Shown here piece after piece: positions 37,601 to 51,839 of a DNA stretch of 64,000 bases. Both the position numbers and the translations under genes were made by a program. The notes under the pieces are model-generated. The model was not told where the DNA came from and did no database searches. It was given only the letters and a program-made list of their open reading frames with translations. The stretch lies in assembly GCF_004010195.1 (NCBI RefSeq), contig NC_057749.1:14233142-14297141 (forward strand). The letters are read 5' to 3'. The DNA is from Chiloscyllium plagiosum. Taxonomy: Eukaryota. Position 1 is the stretch's first letter; every line of letters starts with the position of its first letter.

Positions 37601-40242
37601 TTGGAAGAGATAGAACAATTGAACATATATTTACACAGATTTTCACAATTTCAAGACATTCCAAACTAATTGACACGTAACCACATTTTCATTTTAGAAA
37701 AACGTTAGCCAGATTTACGCATAGAAAGCAGTGTGAAAAATGATTGGGTAATTTGTTTTAGTGATACAAGTTGAAGACTGAATATTGGCAAGGACATGGA
37801 AAAAGGTTTTTTGATTTTAGTTAAATAGTTCAATGGGATGTTTTGAATGTCCATCTGGGAAGGTAGACTAGGACTTTGTTTAACACCTTCTTCGAATAAC
37901 ATCACCTCCAACAGTGCAGCATACCCTCAATAATGCATGAAAGTGTTTGTTTTAATTATTGGCTGATCTCTGGAGTGGGGACTGAATGCACAACCAATGG
38001 ACTAAAGGTCAAGGGTGCTTCAATTAGCCCAGACGAATACCTATGCACTGTGTGTTATAGAAATGTGATACTTATTAATGTATAACCTCAGTGCTAAGTG
38101 CAGGAGAGCAATTTTCTCTTAGTTTGGTAGATCATCTGATTTGGGTATCTTCCATTTTGCCTGCACTTTTCTGAGTCATTGTGAGATCAAAACGTCCCAA
38201 CTAAAACAGGGAAGCTGAGATGTAGGGTGATTATTGCATATACATTTAACTAATCATTTTTTACAACTGTTCGTTTAAAAATGTTAATCAAGATTTCAGT
38301 TTATCAGCACATACACAAAATGTTTCAAACAATGCTGCTTCCAATGATGCATAGTGTTACTGTTAAGATGCACAGATCATGCGGGCTTTACGCTGTAATA
38401 AATACTGTCTGAAAAACACACATTTTAAAAATTGATTCTGTGCAAAAACTCAATTTTAAAGAAAAATTAACTACACACAACATATCCTTGAGAATCTGTG
38501 ATGAGAATGTTTAATTTTACAGAACTTTGATGGTCAGTGAATCACTACGAATGTGATTATAGGTGATGATTCATTCAAATACATATTACGCTCTACTCCT
38601 TGCAACTATTTCACAATATGTAGAAGAGCTTCTCATCAATACATGGGTATTTGTCATAAGTCAGCAATCGGAAATCACACAGACAAAAGGCAAGTTAAAG
38701 GTGCATACATCTATCTTGAGTTCTTCGAAATTCCAAAGAATTAAAAGTAGTTTGCTGTTGTGAAATGTAACCTGACGACGGACATTTACTCATTTCAGTT
38801 GGATACTTAAACTGGCACATACCCATAAATAAACTGATTGTTTCAAAGACACATGAAAAGTTGAACTAATAAATCAATAGTTTATCCCTATTCTAACATT
38901 TTTATTTTCCCCACATCTGCAACACCTTGTTGCCAGTAATATGTTAATATCAATTTTGATTCACTGCCTGTTTCTATCACTAGAATATAATCAGACAGAC
39001 TATGTAGTCATTCTGAATCACCTGATGTCACCATAGCATGCATAAAGAAAAACTCAAAAACATTGACTTTAATTCTTAAATGATCATTTAAAACGGTCAG
39101 TCACCCAGACGTGACAGCAGCCAGAAGGATTGTTCCATTTGAAGGACTGGCATGTGTTTTAACAGAATCAGCAAGAAGCCGATCCCAAACAGGTGTCCTG
39201 ATGTAGCTGACCATATTTTGTGCGATATTGGTGACCCACAGAAAGTCTAGACCAGGTTCAGGAATTGGAGAAGAAATGGCAGCTTAAGGTTGGGCAGACA
39301 GCATTATTTATGGAACCCAGAGTAACAAGTCTGCTCAACACCAATTTACATTTCTACAATGCCTTTAACATAACAAAAAGTCCCAAAACACTGAACTATG
39401 TGAGGGAACGGTGTTGTGAAAATGGTAGTTTTTAAAAGGAGGATGAAAGAGACCCACAGGAATTTAGGGAGGGAACTCTACAGAACAGGTGCAAAGTAGC
39501 CAATAGTGGAGCAATGGAAATTGGGGACAGCCAGAATTCATGGAGGACAAAGACTTAGGATGGTTTTTGGATTTGGGGAGGTTATAGATAGGAAAGGACA
39601 AGGCCATGAAGATATTAAAACAAGGGTTGCAAATTTAAACATGGGCCAAAATAATTAAATAGATGCTCAATTCTAAAAAGTATAAAATAACATGGATTCT
39701 GATATCCCATTAATGTACACTTATAGTTGCATTACACAATAATGAAGACATTAATATGATAACATAACAGGAAATTTACTTGCCACAAACAGTTTGCATT
39801 TGCCACATTTCACAACAATACATCTCCCTGCTTGACGAGCAGCAATTGTCCAAACTTCTGACAGCCTTTGCAGTTCAGGTGAATGGGGATGGGCAGGGGG
39901 AAGGAGATTCCAGAGCAATGATCATTTCTGCTTCTCAGTACAGTTTCTGAGCAATTTCTGGTAGTGAGGGAATACTTGTGCACTGGCTTGTAGAATCAGT
40001 TTTTTTGCTGATCCAGTAGATTTGGGGATGTGCCAGCCAAATGGCATTCTAAGCTGCATTTCGAGAGGCATGTTTCTCACAGGCTCAAAGCTGTTGCTTC
40101 ATGCATAAAAGAATGTTAAATTTTCATCTAAACATTTCCCAAAACATGAAAAGATCACAGAAGAAATTTTCAAAATTATCTTGTGCTACAGAAAAGTTCT
40201 GAATAATTTGCAAATTAAGAAAGCATGCAGCAATCTGTGACT

Positions 40243-40550
40243 CAGAATCCCTACAAATGTGGAAGTAGGCCATTCAGCCCATCAAGTCCACACTGACCTT
40301 CCGAAGAACATCCCACCCAAAACCACACCCTCCCCTATCCCTGTAACCTAACCTGCACTACAGGCAATTTAGAATGGCCAATCCACATAACCTGAACATC
40401 TTTGGACTGTGGGAGTAAACCAGAGCATCTGGAGGAAACCATGCAAACATGGGGAGAATGTGAAAAATGCACACACAGTCTCACAAGGATGGAATTGAAC
40501 CTGGGGTCCCTGGCGGTGTGAGGCAGCACTGCTAATCACTGTGCCACCAC
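40243..40550 (-). mobile_element. HE1/V-SINE-like tRNA-derived SINE
   Basis: catctttggactgtgggagtaaacc...ggaattgaacctgggg...gtgaggcagcactgctaatcactgtgccacc. Confidence 0.82.
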
Positions 40551-43500
40551 AAAATACTTCAAATTAAACTTGTTCAAAATGTTTCCCAATCTCAAAGGAG
40601 ATCAAAAAGTAAAACTTCTGCGAGCTTCTATGAAATTCTTTCTTAATGCTGAACAAAGGGGTGAGCTTAACCCTGGATATTAACTCTGAACTGAACTATT
40701 TAATTCTGAATTGCTATTTTACACATTATACGGACAAATTCAGATTTGTCATAGGGCCATATAAGTTCATGTAGTGTATGTTCACAACCAGCTGCCGAGT
40801 GAAGCAATAATCAGATTGATCAAGATTTTGTAAGTCCAGCCACTGATATAAATAAACTAGCAGTGAACATGGTCAAATTTTGGTCTAACGACATCATGAA
40901 TGGGAATTTTGGTCAGCCATTCCTATTAAAGCTTTGCTGAAGAAGAGTTGCGTAATAAAATCTGGATCTGCACATAAAATGTCTGCTTGCAGACTGCCTC
41001 AAAGTAAACAGCTTCAGAAAAAAGATCAAGAATGCAACAGTTAATGAAATTATATTTTGTATAATTTAAAAATAACATATAATCCGATTAGGAATAAACT
41101 TCTTTTTTGATCAAAGTGCCATGGTTAGATGTCAGAGGTGAACTAAAAAAAAACTATTAAATTCCATGATCAACACCAATCTAATCTCTTTTCCTGTGGG
41201 TGTGCAATATAACGTATGGAAGTTCCATATCTGCATACTCGAGACCGTAAATAAATAGTACTTGACACTAGGAAAAACAGCCTAGTTTATTTACCATTAG
41301 TAAATTTTTATCTTTAAAATTAAAAAAAAGGTTTCTCGAAGATCTCCTGGAAATTTGTCCGAACCAAAAACACCAGCAGACAAACAGAAAGTTTGCGCAA
41401 TACTGCAATTTGACCAGGCAATTTAAAGTGAACAGTGACCTTGAAACTCTTCTCCAATTTCTTCGTTCTTCCCAGAAAAAAAATGACTGCCATCTGATTT
41501 GATCGTGGCCAAAATGAGGAATTTATCATGTGAGGAGAGTGATGACTGTGAGTTAAGAGCATATTATATAAATTTACTGTCACACTAAGCCTTACCCTTA
41601 TAATGGAAATATTTCTATAAACATACCATAATTACATACAGCCTAAGACATCCCAAAGCACTTAAAAGAAGCACAACAATCCAAGTGGTAATAATACAAG
41701 ATTTGGGGGAGAAGGACAAAGGCCTGATCAAAGGAATCAGCTATAGAATACTTTTGAAAGTGGGAAGAGAAGTAGGAAGGCATAGGGTTTATGGTTCCAA
41801 ACCATAGGGCATATATGCTGCAAACAACAGAAGAACAGAGAGGGGAATGCATTGCAGTCACATGGTAACAACCAATTTAAAGCAAGTTACAAGGCAGGTT
41901 AGTGGGGTCAGGGAAACTGTGAATGAGGAATTTAACATTCTGGAAGCAACACAAACAATGGAGATTATAAAGGCAGAAAAGATGGGACAACAGGATTTAA
42001 AGCAAAATGAGAGGGGAGCAGTGAAAGTTTTGAAAGAGTTTAAGTTTGTGCAAGATGAAGCTTTATCATATACTGCATTGTCTACAGGCTTTGTTGATTT
42101 TATTGTGTTAATGCGTTTTTATGCAAACATGTAAAAGATATAACAATGCTTGAATAATGCTTACATCAAGCCTTTAGCAAGGCATTCAAAAGCATGTACT
42201 CAAATGGAAAAAAAACTGACTGAGCCCAAATGGCAAGGTCATTAAGACAATTGAGCAAATGTTTACTAAACCAATAATTTTAAGGAGCATTGTAAAGGAA
42301 ATATTTAGGGAGGAAATTCTTGAGTTTAGGATCTTAATAGTTGATAGCAAAACTACCAATTGCCATGGAAAGGAAGTGAAGAGGCCAGAATTGATTGGAC
42401 ACAGAAATCTTGGAGGTTTGCAGAGTTGTAGAGGGTTTCCAGGTTAGGGATAGGAACAGGGATAGGTGTAAGGATAAGGGAAGAGAATTTTAAAATTGCA
42501 ATGGTGCTGGACCAGATGCTCACAGATTAGCAAACAGACAAGTGATGGGTGAACAGAACTTGGTGTAATTTAAGGCAATGGGAGGAATGTATTGAGTGAT
42601 CTCAAGTTTGTGCAGGGAGGAAAATGGGAAGTCAGCCAGAAGAGTATGGAAATAGTAGGGTCAAGAGATAAGAAAAGCATAGGTAAGGATTCCTGCATCC
42701 AGAAAGATATTCACGACAACCACTGCTGCTTTGAATTCTCAGACAAATACTAGAAGTTACAACTTGTCTGGGCATTGAGAATTCCATCCATTCCTGCAGA
42801 ATTCATTATAAAAGAGTCTGTGCAGAAAACCTCTGTTATATGAGCAGCAAATATAGGCATGCCTTATACATGTTCATAAATTGCAAACATTAATAGCTGC
42901 TCAGTGAAATGCAACCATATTTTCCTTTGGTCCAATGTAAAATATTGAAATTACAGATTTTATGTATAGAAAACATAAGCACAATATATTCAGAAAAATA
43001 ATTTTCCTTTGAATTTCCAAATGATTTCACAAATGATAATATTCTTTTGATATTATTGTCAATTAGGACAAGCATAATTAAATCCAAGATAGAAGGCAGA
43101 AAAAAGTTGTGGCTGTAACAGCTGCTACTTTTTTGAGATATTCTCAGTAGAAGTGATTTCCTCACATTCTAGCAGTAATTACTGTTTTATAAGCTGTTCT
43201 ACTGTTTTGGAACGTTGGGGGCGGGGGAATAAAATCAAAACAGCACTTTTAAAAAGGAGGAAGATAGACAAAGGTTGTGACCACATGGGAAGTGATTCAA
43301 ACAGGGAATGAAACCTACAATGCTGTCTGACGCTACTGCTTCTGCTGTTTGACTTTCAAGTATCTCTTGACATTGTAGTTTATCTAAGAAAAATTAAGGA
43401 ACAGTGAAATTCACAGCTGACCTAAGAGAAACGTATGTGGAAGAGGTAACAACAGGGGAGCAGCTATGAGGCTTTTTAAAGTGTAACATTATTGTTTATT

Positions 43501-43659
43501 TTGTAAAGCTACAAAAGTGAGCAGAGTGAGTTATTTTTGATTGTATGTTTTATTGAGATATGTCTCTTGATTAAACTTTAAAAATATAAAAGGTACTAAG
43601 TTAGCGTTGAGCAGTATTTGTTAGAACAGTAAGGCTGGACTATTTTCTGGGCCTTTAGT

Positions 43660-44270
43660 AGAGTGATGTGTTCTTCCTGTCGAATGTAAGGAATTAAGGA
43701 GACTTTCCATGTTACTGATGATTATATCTGTAGGAAGTGTGTTTGGTTGCAAATCCTATTGGATCGCATGGATCGGTTGGAGCAGCAATTAGAGGTAATG
43801 AGGAACTTACAAGAGCGAGAGGGTGTGATGGATGGCAGTTGTAGGAAGGGGAAAAAAAACACAGATACAGTCAGGTAGATGGGTTACCTCGAGGATACAT
43901 AGGGAGGGAGGCAGGCAGAGCAGGAGTCTCCTGTGGCAATCCCCATCTCAAACATGAGGGACATGGATAGGGTAAACAGACAGTGTTTTTTCCCCCAAGG
44001 TGGGAGGGTTAAGATTTAAAAGGGACCCATGGGCAACTTCTTCATGCAGAGGGTAGTGAGTGTATGGAATGAGCTACCAAAGGAAGTGGTGGAGGCTGGT
44101 ACAATTACAACATTTAAAAGGCATCTGGATGGGTCCATGAATAGGAATGGTTTAGAGGGATATGGGCCAAGTGCTGGCAAATGGGACTGCATTTGTCTAG
44201 GATATCTGGTTGGCATGGACGAGTTAAACCAAAGGGTCTGTATCTATGCTGGAAAATCGCTCTGACTCTA
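43660..44270 (+). mobile_element. CR1 element with ORF1 N-terminus joined directly to the 3' tail
   Basis: 43663-43950 resembles CR1 ORF1 start (CSSC...YICRKCVWLQILLDRMDRLEQQL). From about 43955 it is ORF2 end (NFFMQRVVSVWNELPKEVV) and tail. Confidence 0.7.
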
Positions 44271-45321
44271 AATGATTAACTGAAATGTAGTGCAATGATT
44301 ACTACTGTGAAAAAAATGGAATCCGAACAGAACAAAGCTGTAGGCATTGACATTAAAGATTGCAAATTAATGTCAAGATTCTCAGTCTGTAATTTCGTGC
44401 CATTACATTTTTCTTTGGTCTTTCTTTCTTTGCTATCTACAGAAAAAGAGCAGAGAATTGCTATTCGGCATGGGATATTCCAAAAGCGAGATAAAAAAGC
44501 AAATCTCCATTGAAATTTAAGGCTTTAATTAAGCCATCTGCCCTGTGATTTTCCTCAGCCTCTCTTCATGTGCGGCAGCACCTTTCCTTAGTTATTGGAA
44601 CAAGTCTACAGTATGGGAAAAACTGTGCTGCAAAAACATTGCTAGGAATAGATCTTCAGTAGCTCTAGTTGGAATTGTGGTTTTTGACAAAAGGCTGGTG
44701 AAATATAGTGAATCGAAAATGTATTTCAAATGGATATGCCACTTGCTTGCCAAAATGTGCACTGGGACATTTTCACCCTCTCAACTGAAGTGACCCTAGG
44801 ACAGTGGAGAAATGGAACTTCAAAAGGGATTGAATCTAAGTGGATGCGAAAACAATGGGAAGGACAAGGTCCTGAAGAAATTGATATTCAGGACTTAGAC
44901 ACATCAGTTTGATAGCTTTCCTCTTGTGACATGGTGTAAATGAAATACAAGAGCTGCCATTTGATTTGCTCTGGAAATATAAGGGCTTCACAGAAAGCAA
45001 ATCAAAGACCCAAGAGATGATTGTTTGACAACTTAGAACAGATCACTCTAAGCAAAAATCACAATATATTTTTTTTTAAAATGAGTAATCTATTTCCCCT
45101 CATTTTCAATATTCTACAAATATAGCAGAAGATCAACAGAAGTGGCATACCAAAGGCAACCTTGTGAAAAATATTCACCTACATATTATAACGAAATTTA
45201 AGGCACATTTGTGAAACAGGATAAAGTACATTCACACACTTAATAGATAAGGACATGAAAAACGACTTATTCAACATTTGATAAAGAGTAAAATAAAATC
45301 TAAATAAAAGGCAACACTTAC

Positions 45322-48300
45322 TTGTTACATTTCTTTGGTGGAGGAGGTGGGGGAGAATTTTGACTGCTTAGACAGCCAATTTCTTTTTCACTTTCAGGAA
45401 CACCCATCGTCAGCTTTTCATCGTCTTGTAATCCAGATATCATAATCTGTGTTTCACTGGCAGTAGAAGGAGTTTTAGTATCTATTCCAGCGATATCCAG
45501 TTTGTCAGCCTCAGTCTTTATAGCATCTAGTCCAAGCTCCTGTTTATAATTCAGTATGGTGGTCAGCTTCTCAGTTGGTTCTAAAATCTTCTGATCACTG
45601 CAAAGGTGATGTCGTTGTATCGGGGGTGGTGGAAGCATGTGTATCACCCGTCCATTCAGTCCAATTAATTTGTCTTTATCTTTCTCTTTGTCCTCCTCTT
45701 CGTCTGTTTTACGGCGACGGAAGAAGCTTTTAAAAGAGATCCATCGTTTTGGTTTGGTGTCCTGTAAGCGTTGGCGACCCTCTGGGTTCAGCGGTGCGGA
45801 TTCAATCTCAGGTGTACGTACAGGGCTAGTTGGCTTCCCCCAGTTACTGAAGTGTTTGTGCAGAAGATTGCCGGCATGGTAAGGGGAGGATGTAGAACGT
45901 GGAGGAGGAAATGGGGGCAGTTGTTCACTCTTTGGGCTCGAGCAGGGTGCACCAGGAGATTGTAAAGTACTTGGTTTAGAAGTGGGGACAGTGACCTGCT
46001 TTGTTAGAATGCTTTCTTTTTGTCCTTTTGCAAATGTGCTGTCCATCACTTTGGACATTTCTGTTTCACTATTTGCTTGTGAGGAAAATAATGACTTTGG
46101 GCGGATGTGAACATCTCCAGTGCCTTCTAAGATAGCAGGTGGCTGAGAGTAAAGTTCTTCTGCACTATTGGCTTTGGATGGTGTCTGGGGATTTTCAGGT
46201 GGCATCTGTGGAGGCTGAATAGATGCAACAATTTGGGAAAGCACAGTGCTGGCATTTTCCCTGCTTCCTGATGATGTCTGCCTTTCTGGTGTTTCTTCCT
46301 TTCTGGCTGGTGAGTCTAGAGTAGTTCTCTGAATTCTAGAAGGAGAGCTGTGATTGGATCCGAAGCTTTTATGTGGCGAGGACTGTGACAAAATTTGTCC
46401 TTTGTTTTGGGCATTGTTGAACTCCTGCACTTTCTGCGCAACGGAGCCAAACGCCTTTCGTTCTGTGCTAGTGCTTGGTCCTTTTACTGGAGGCAAATCT
46501 GTAGATTTTCTTACTGTTGATCCAATTTCTTCATATGTATGACTTGCCACACTTTCTAAAGCTTCCTTTTTCAAATGTGATCCACTTGGACCCAAGAAGC
46601 TTTTATAAATGGCCAAGTTGTCATAAGCATTTGGATTAATTACTATTGGCACTTTTATAGCCTTGTGTTTTGAACTCTGCGCATATGTTGGTTCATCATG
46701 TATGATGATAGGGAAAGGGGGCATTCCAGCATTATTGTAACTATTGAACTTGATCTCAGACAGATTTGGAGACTTTACGGGAATAGTTTTTGAAGTAGCA
46801 TTTGAAGTAGTTGGTGAAGTAGGAGCTGATTTATGACTCATTTGTCTTGGAGGAGGAGTAGGACCAGAACTACTTGACATTAAAGCCACCCTGGGCATTT
46901 TCTGTCGAGGGCTAGTGCTAGAAGTCCACACCTCCTGATACCTGGTAATATTTGACTTTTTCTGGTTGTTTATCTGGCTTGAGAGTGACGTTGGTGGGCT
47001 TGCACTCACTGGTGAAGTTTTTGCACTTTGAAGAGATTCAGATGAACTGTCAATCTTTTTATTGTTCATTGCAGCAGATACATCAACTACAGTGTATGGT
47101 TTACACATACCTGGTGGTTCCAAATCCACAACTCTGTAAGGCTTTGCTTGTTCTTCCTTTGGAATAATGTTAATTGTCACAGTTTGCCCAGAACTTTCTG
47201 TGGAATTCACCGTGAATTCCTGCTTCTCACTTTGTAGGGCTATCTTTCCATCCTTCTCTTCCAACCTTAATGCAAGAACAGCTTTATGAGTTTCCAGAGA
47301 CTTTGCTGCAGTGCCTCTTGCTGGTTTAAATGGAGCTTGCTTTACTTGGGAAACCTGTCCGTTTTCACTTATACTTTCATAATCTGGTTCAATAAACTTG
47401 GTGCTTTTACAGTCACTTGAAGGAAGATCACCATTACAAAGTTGTTGATGCATAGTTTTGGTTGTCCCAGCTTGAGACCCCTCTGTCATTGAGGAATCAG
47501 GAGATGTAGATTCAGAAGATAATATGCTTGGCATACTGTCCTGACCATATGGGATCAACGTTTCATCACCGTAGCCATTTAGAATTTCATCGTAACTATC
47601 ATCATAGTCAACAGCACAAATTCTCTGCAATGACTGCTTTCGTAATGGCACTGTGTTCCACTTTTTACCATCACGGAACCTGACAGGTGAGAGTGTGTTG
47701 GCCCTAAAATTAGCAAAACGTGGTTGACCACGCATACGTATTTCCATTGCCAACAGCTCTTCATCACTTTCATCCCAACTTTCTCGCTCTTCTGTTGCAT
47801 TCTCACTTGCTTCATTATCCACTCCTTGATCACTGCTAAAGGACCAATCTGGGTAGCAAAAGAGTCCTCCTTCATTGCTAATGATATCAGAGCTGCTGCT
47901 GAGCATTACACGCTTTCCTGTATTCTCTCTCATACCAGCCACAATACAACTAGGAGGAAGCTTCCTTTCCAGGGACCGTTGATAACATTTGTTGATCCTT
48001 CCAAGAAAAGACTCTCTATCACATACTTTGCTTTGCAAATGTGGCTCAGGCTCAAATCCAACAATTTCCTTCAATACATCCGTTAATCCATTATTATTGT
48101 TGTTTGGCATTCTATCATTAAAAACTCTGTCTGGGTTACAAGCCCTTTGAGAATTGCCGTTGTTCTCTTCATTGTTATTGTTCACTGGTTTCCTATTGAG
48201 AAGAACACCATTCCTATTCCATCGTTGCTTATTTTCACAGCTTTCCACTACCTCCATTTCTGTACTCACAGTTTGTCCATCGATGACCATCATGGTGGGC

Positions 48301-48524
48301 TTCACAGCAATTGTTGGCTTCTTGGCAACAGGAGGTCGAAAGTTACCTGTGCCTGACCTACCCCGGTGATTGTTGCTATGGTTAGCATTAGTTTTTAAAT
48401 TCTTACATGAAAGAGGAGGTGTTTCAGAGGCAGCAGACAAACAATGCAAACTTTTGGGCTTAAAACAGTTCTTGCATTCACCAGGTTTCCACACGTGTTC
48501 AGTGAAGGCGTTGCAGGCGGACAT
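45322..48524 (-). CDS. PEAK1: PEAK1 (pseudopodium-enriched atypical kinase 1 / SgK269), first coding exon; N-terminal disordered scaffold region
   Basis: 1068-aa ORF begins MSACNAFTEHVWKPGECKNCFKPKSLH and contains SWDESDEELLAMEIRMRGQPRFANFRANTLSP, EPTYA, AYDNLAIYKSF, HTYEEI and PKRWISFKSFFRRRK, which I recognise as PEAK1. Donor AA|GTAAGT at 45322/45321 (phase 2). Acceptor ttttctttcattcctag| places the exon start at 48640. Confidence 0.97.
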
Positions 48525-48640
48525 TTTTCATAGAGCTATTCATGAGATACCCCTCGCTTACTGCATTCCACTACATTCACTGAGAAGTTTCACTTCTCAA
48601 TCACCAAGTTCATTTATCGAAGTTCAGTGTCAACCTGTAC
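48525..48640 (-). promoter_or_regulatory. PEAK1 5' UTR portion of the first coding exon, with several upstream AUGs
   Basis: Polypyrimidine tract and AG end at 48641. Five ATGs lie between the acceptor and the main ATG. Further non-coding exon(s) must lie at higher coordinates; I could not identify them. Confidence 0.7.
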
Positions 48641-48904
48641 CTAGGAATGAAAGAAAATATTAATTAAGGAAGGCTGTATTGAATGAAGACTCAGGGCTTG
48701 ACTTATAAATCGATGGCTAACTAAAACTGAACTGCTCTAATTTCACGCTATTCACCCTTCAATTGTAAATTTGCGAGAGTAAATACACATAGCAATCTTT
48801 CTTCATCTATTTTCTCCCCCAAAGAGAGATAATACAGTGATCAACACCTCTTTTGATTCCACAAAAACAGGAATCAAAGGATTAATAGTCATCCAAACAA
48901 ACAA

Positions 48905-49150
48905 ACAAATTAGAAAGAGTAGGCCATTCTGTCCCACGTGCCCTCTCACTCATTCAGTAAGGTCATGGCTCACCTGATTGTAGCCTCAACGCCACATTCC
49001 TGCCTACCCCAAAACACCTTTGACTCTCTTGTTAGTCAAGAGTGTATCTACCTCAGCCTTAAAAATACGAAATGACCCTGTCTCCACTTCTCCCTAAAGA
49101 AAGACTATTCCACAGGGTCCTAACACCAAAACAAAAATTCTCATCTTCTT
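48905..49150 (-). mobile_element. CR1 LINE 3' tail (old)
   Basis: gagtaggccattc...cattcagtaaggtcatggctcacctg...ctacctcagccttaaaaata. Confidence 0.6.
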
Positions 49151-49922
49151 CAAGGGGAGGCTAAGTGAAATCAGACAATCTCCTCAGCTGGAGCTTTCTA
49201 AAGTGGAGAAATAGCAGAACTTCAAGGCTGGTCAAGGATCTGAATGGAGTACATCTATCCAGGTTCACTCTACATTTTGCCTAATCTCCATTCACTTCAG
49301 TACACCACCAGCACTGACACAGGAGATATTTTTGGAGGACGTAGCCACATTACACATCCAATAATATCTACAGAAATGGATGAAGATTTTTAGACTCTAT
49401 TTTTCCATCTTACTTTATTCTATTGGTTGTCAGTGTTGCCATTGCCCTGAAACAACATGGATTGTGGTACCACTGACGCAATTTTCCCATTTTTTAAAAT
49501 CTGGTTATATGTACCAATTGAAGAAAATTTCTGGAAGAATAAAGAGAATTGAGTATTGTCATCTCATTTTCATTCATTTCGAAGCAAGCTTAATTATGTG
49601 GTTTTTGCTCCAAACTCCTTTCATTTTACAAAAAGAATTATGACATAAATGTTCACATTCATTAAGAAAAATTTCTTCCACTGTGCCTTGAAAATGCGCC
49701 TAAGCATCAAGGGGCCAATTCCATTGAATAAACTTGATGTATTCCCATTTTCTCACACACAATCTCTTCTCTAACCCTAGTGGAACAGCCAAATTTGATG
49801 CAAAGAGATTTTGCCTGACTGATTCTGACTAAATATATTTTCTGTAGGAATCTTCTACCTAATGGGAGGAAAGGTTTTCAGAAATATCCGAGAGACGAAA
49901 GGTAGCGTCCAAACCAAGATAC

Positions 49923-50119
49923 TACATCTGCCTCATAAAAACTGAAAGAACTGCGGATGCTGTAAAACTGAAACAAAAACACAAGTTGCTGGAAAGCAAC
50001 TTGAGTTCTGAAGAAGGGTCACCAGACCTGAAACATTAACTTTGAATACTCTTCACGGATGCTGCCAAACCTGCTGAGCTTTTCCAGCAACTTTTGGTTT
50101 TGTGTTTTACATCTGCCTC
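49923..50119. mobile_element. Family 3 inverted-repeat insertion with hammerhead motif and 12-bp TSD
   Basis: TACATCTGCCTC at 49923-49934 and 50108-50119. Arms aaaaacacaagttgctggaaa / tttccagcaacttttggttt. CTGAAGA (50008-50014)-AGGGTC-ACCA-GACCT-GAAACATT. Confidence 0.8.
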
Positions 50120-51839
50120 CGCTGCTTACCCCTTTACTTATCAAAGGAAATACTGTAAATGGTCAGTTGTCCCAAACAACCTATGCCAGTATTTGTGCGC
50201 CACACAGCCTCCTCCTATTCTTCTTCATTTATCTTGATCAGCATGTTTTCTTTTTGGTCGTGGGTTTATGTGCTTCTGTTTAAATGCTATTTGCCATAAC
50301 TAAGCTGTGATAGTTTTTAAAGGTGTTAAAGTGCTGGTGAGCTGCCTTCTTGAACTGCTGCAGTCCATATGCTGTAGGTAGACTCACAAACCTTGCAAAA
50401 GACTCACAATGCTAAGAGGAAGTGAGTTGCAGGACATTGACCCAGTAACACTGAATGAACAGCAATATATTTCCAAGTCAGGAGGGTAGGTGGCTTGGAG
50501 GGTAACTTGCAGGTGGTGGTGTTCCCATGTATCTGCTACCCTTGTCCTTCTAGATGGAAGTGGTCATGGGTTTGGAAGATGTTCATGATTGCTGAATTTT
50601 CCAGACACACTTCTATCCTAGATTTCCTGATAGCCAACTGAAATCCATTTATTGAAATGGGTTACTGTCATGTTCCCATCAATTTCCAGATCTAAGTGAT
50701 ACATTTTTTATGAGAAAGCCTTCTGTATATCTTTGAACATTTGTTTGCAAAAGTAGATACTGTACATTGCATGGAAATCAACTCAAACTGCATCAGCAAT
50801 TGCATACTTTATCAGTGTGACAAAAAATTAATACACAGCTATTTTTGCTCCTTTCACCCTACATGTTTACCAAATGCTTACTGAGAAAGTTTGAAGATCT
50901 GAAAGAAATAATGTGGATCATCCAGCCCACATGCCCCAAAATATACACGCTACACCACCTTGGATTTTGTCACATTTACATAACCTAAAGATAACTGAAG
51001 GTTTTCGTTTTGACTGCATCAGTAACCAAATGAAGTTCTAAAGAATCAAATAAAAACCTTGGATAATTGCTTTCCGATTACATTTACTTTGTCCCAGCAA
51101 AGATTCTGTCTTCCAAGAAGGTTTTGATTGAAAATGATTAGAAGAGATGAGCTTGCAGATACAAGTTTACATATCATTAAGACTCTTATTAACAATAAGA
51201 TGTACATTTCTCAAGTGAACTAGATCACATTTTAGGTAGTTCAACTCAACTCAGTTGTGCAATTGTATATAATGCAATGTATTTTCTTACTGATCATTTA
51301 CAACTATGAATGACAGCAACATTACTTTGCAATAATACAATCTGATCAACAGAGGGCATGAAGTTACTATACATTCTTGAGACAGTACATTTACTTACAG
51401 AATTTCACTGTTTCGAATAGAATTCCACCCAACTTCTGAAATAAAATCATGTTGGGGTCACAACTTCAGAGATTGGATATCAGGAAGGATTGCAGATATA
51501 TATACAGCACTAAATCAACAATGGAGAAGTTATAAAGCTTTCAGAGGCTTAAACTACTCCAGTGTTGAGATCTTATCAGAGGTAGAGGAAGTTTTTTTTT
51601 AAAAACAGTGGTAGCAGGGGGTCTATTAAGTCGGAAAGCAGTCAACCAATAAAACTTCCTTCATGTTATTGCAAATGAGCTCAAATTTAGACAAAGCAGC
51701 TTTTCCTTGTACCAAAGGAGAGATGTTTCTGCAGCCTAGGCAAGATTGGGAATTAAATATAACTAGTTTATATTTTACATAGTTGTATTCATCCAGCAAG
51801 ACTTCCTAGTAAAAGTGAAACTTCACAAACTTAACCAGT

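Noticed and set aside
45318..48524. PRAG1/SgK223 or a stand-alone single-exon gene
   Set aside because: The N-terminus and tyrosine motifs match PEAK1, and the stop codon falls within a consensus GTAAGT donor.
45637..48663. Plus-strand ORFs antisense to the large PEAK1 exon
   Set aside because: Short shadow ORFs with no recognisable motifs.
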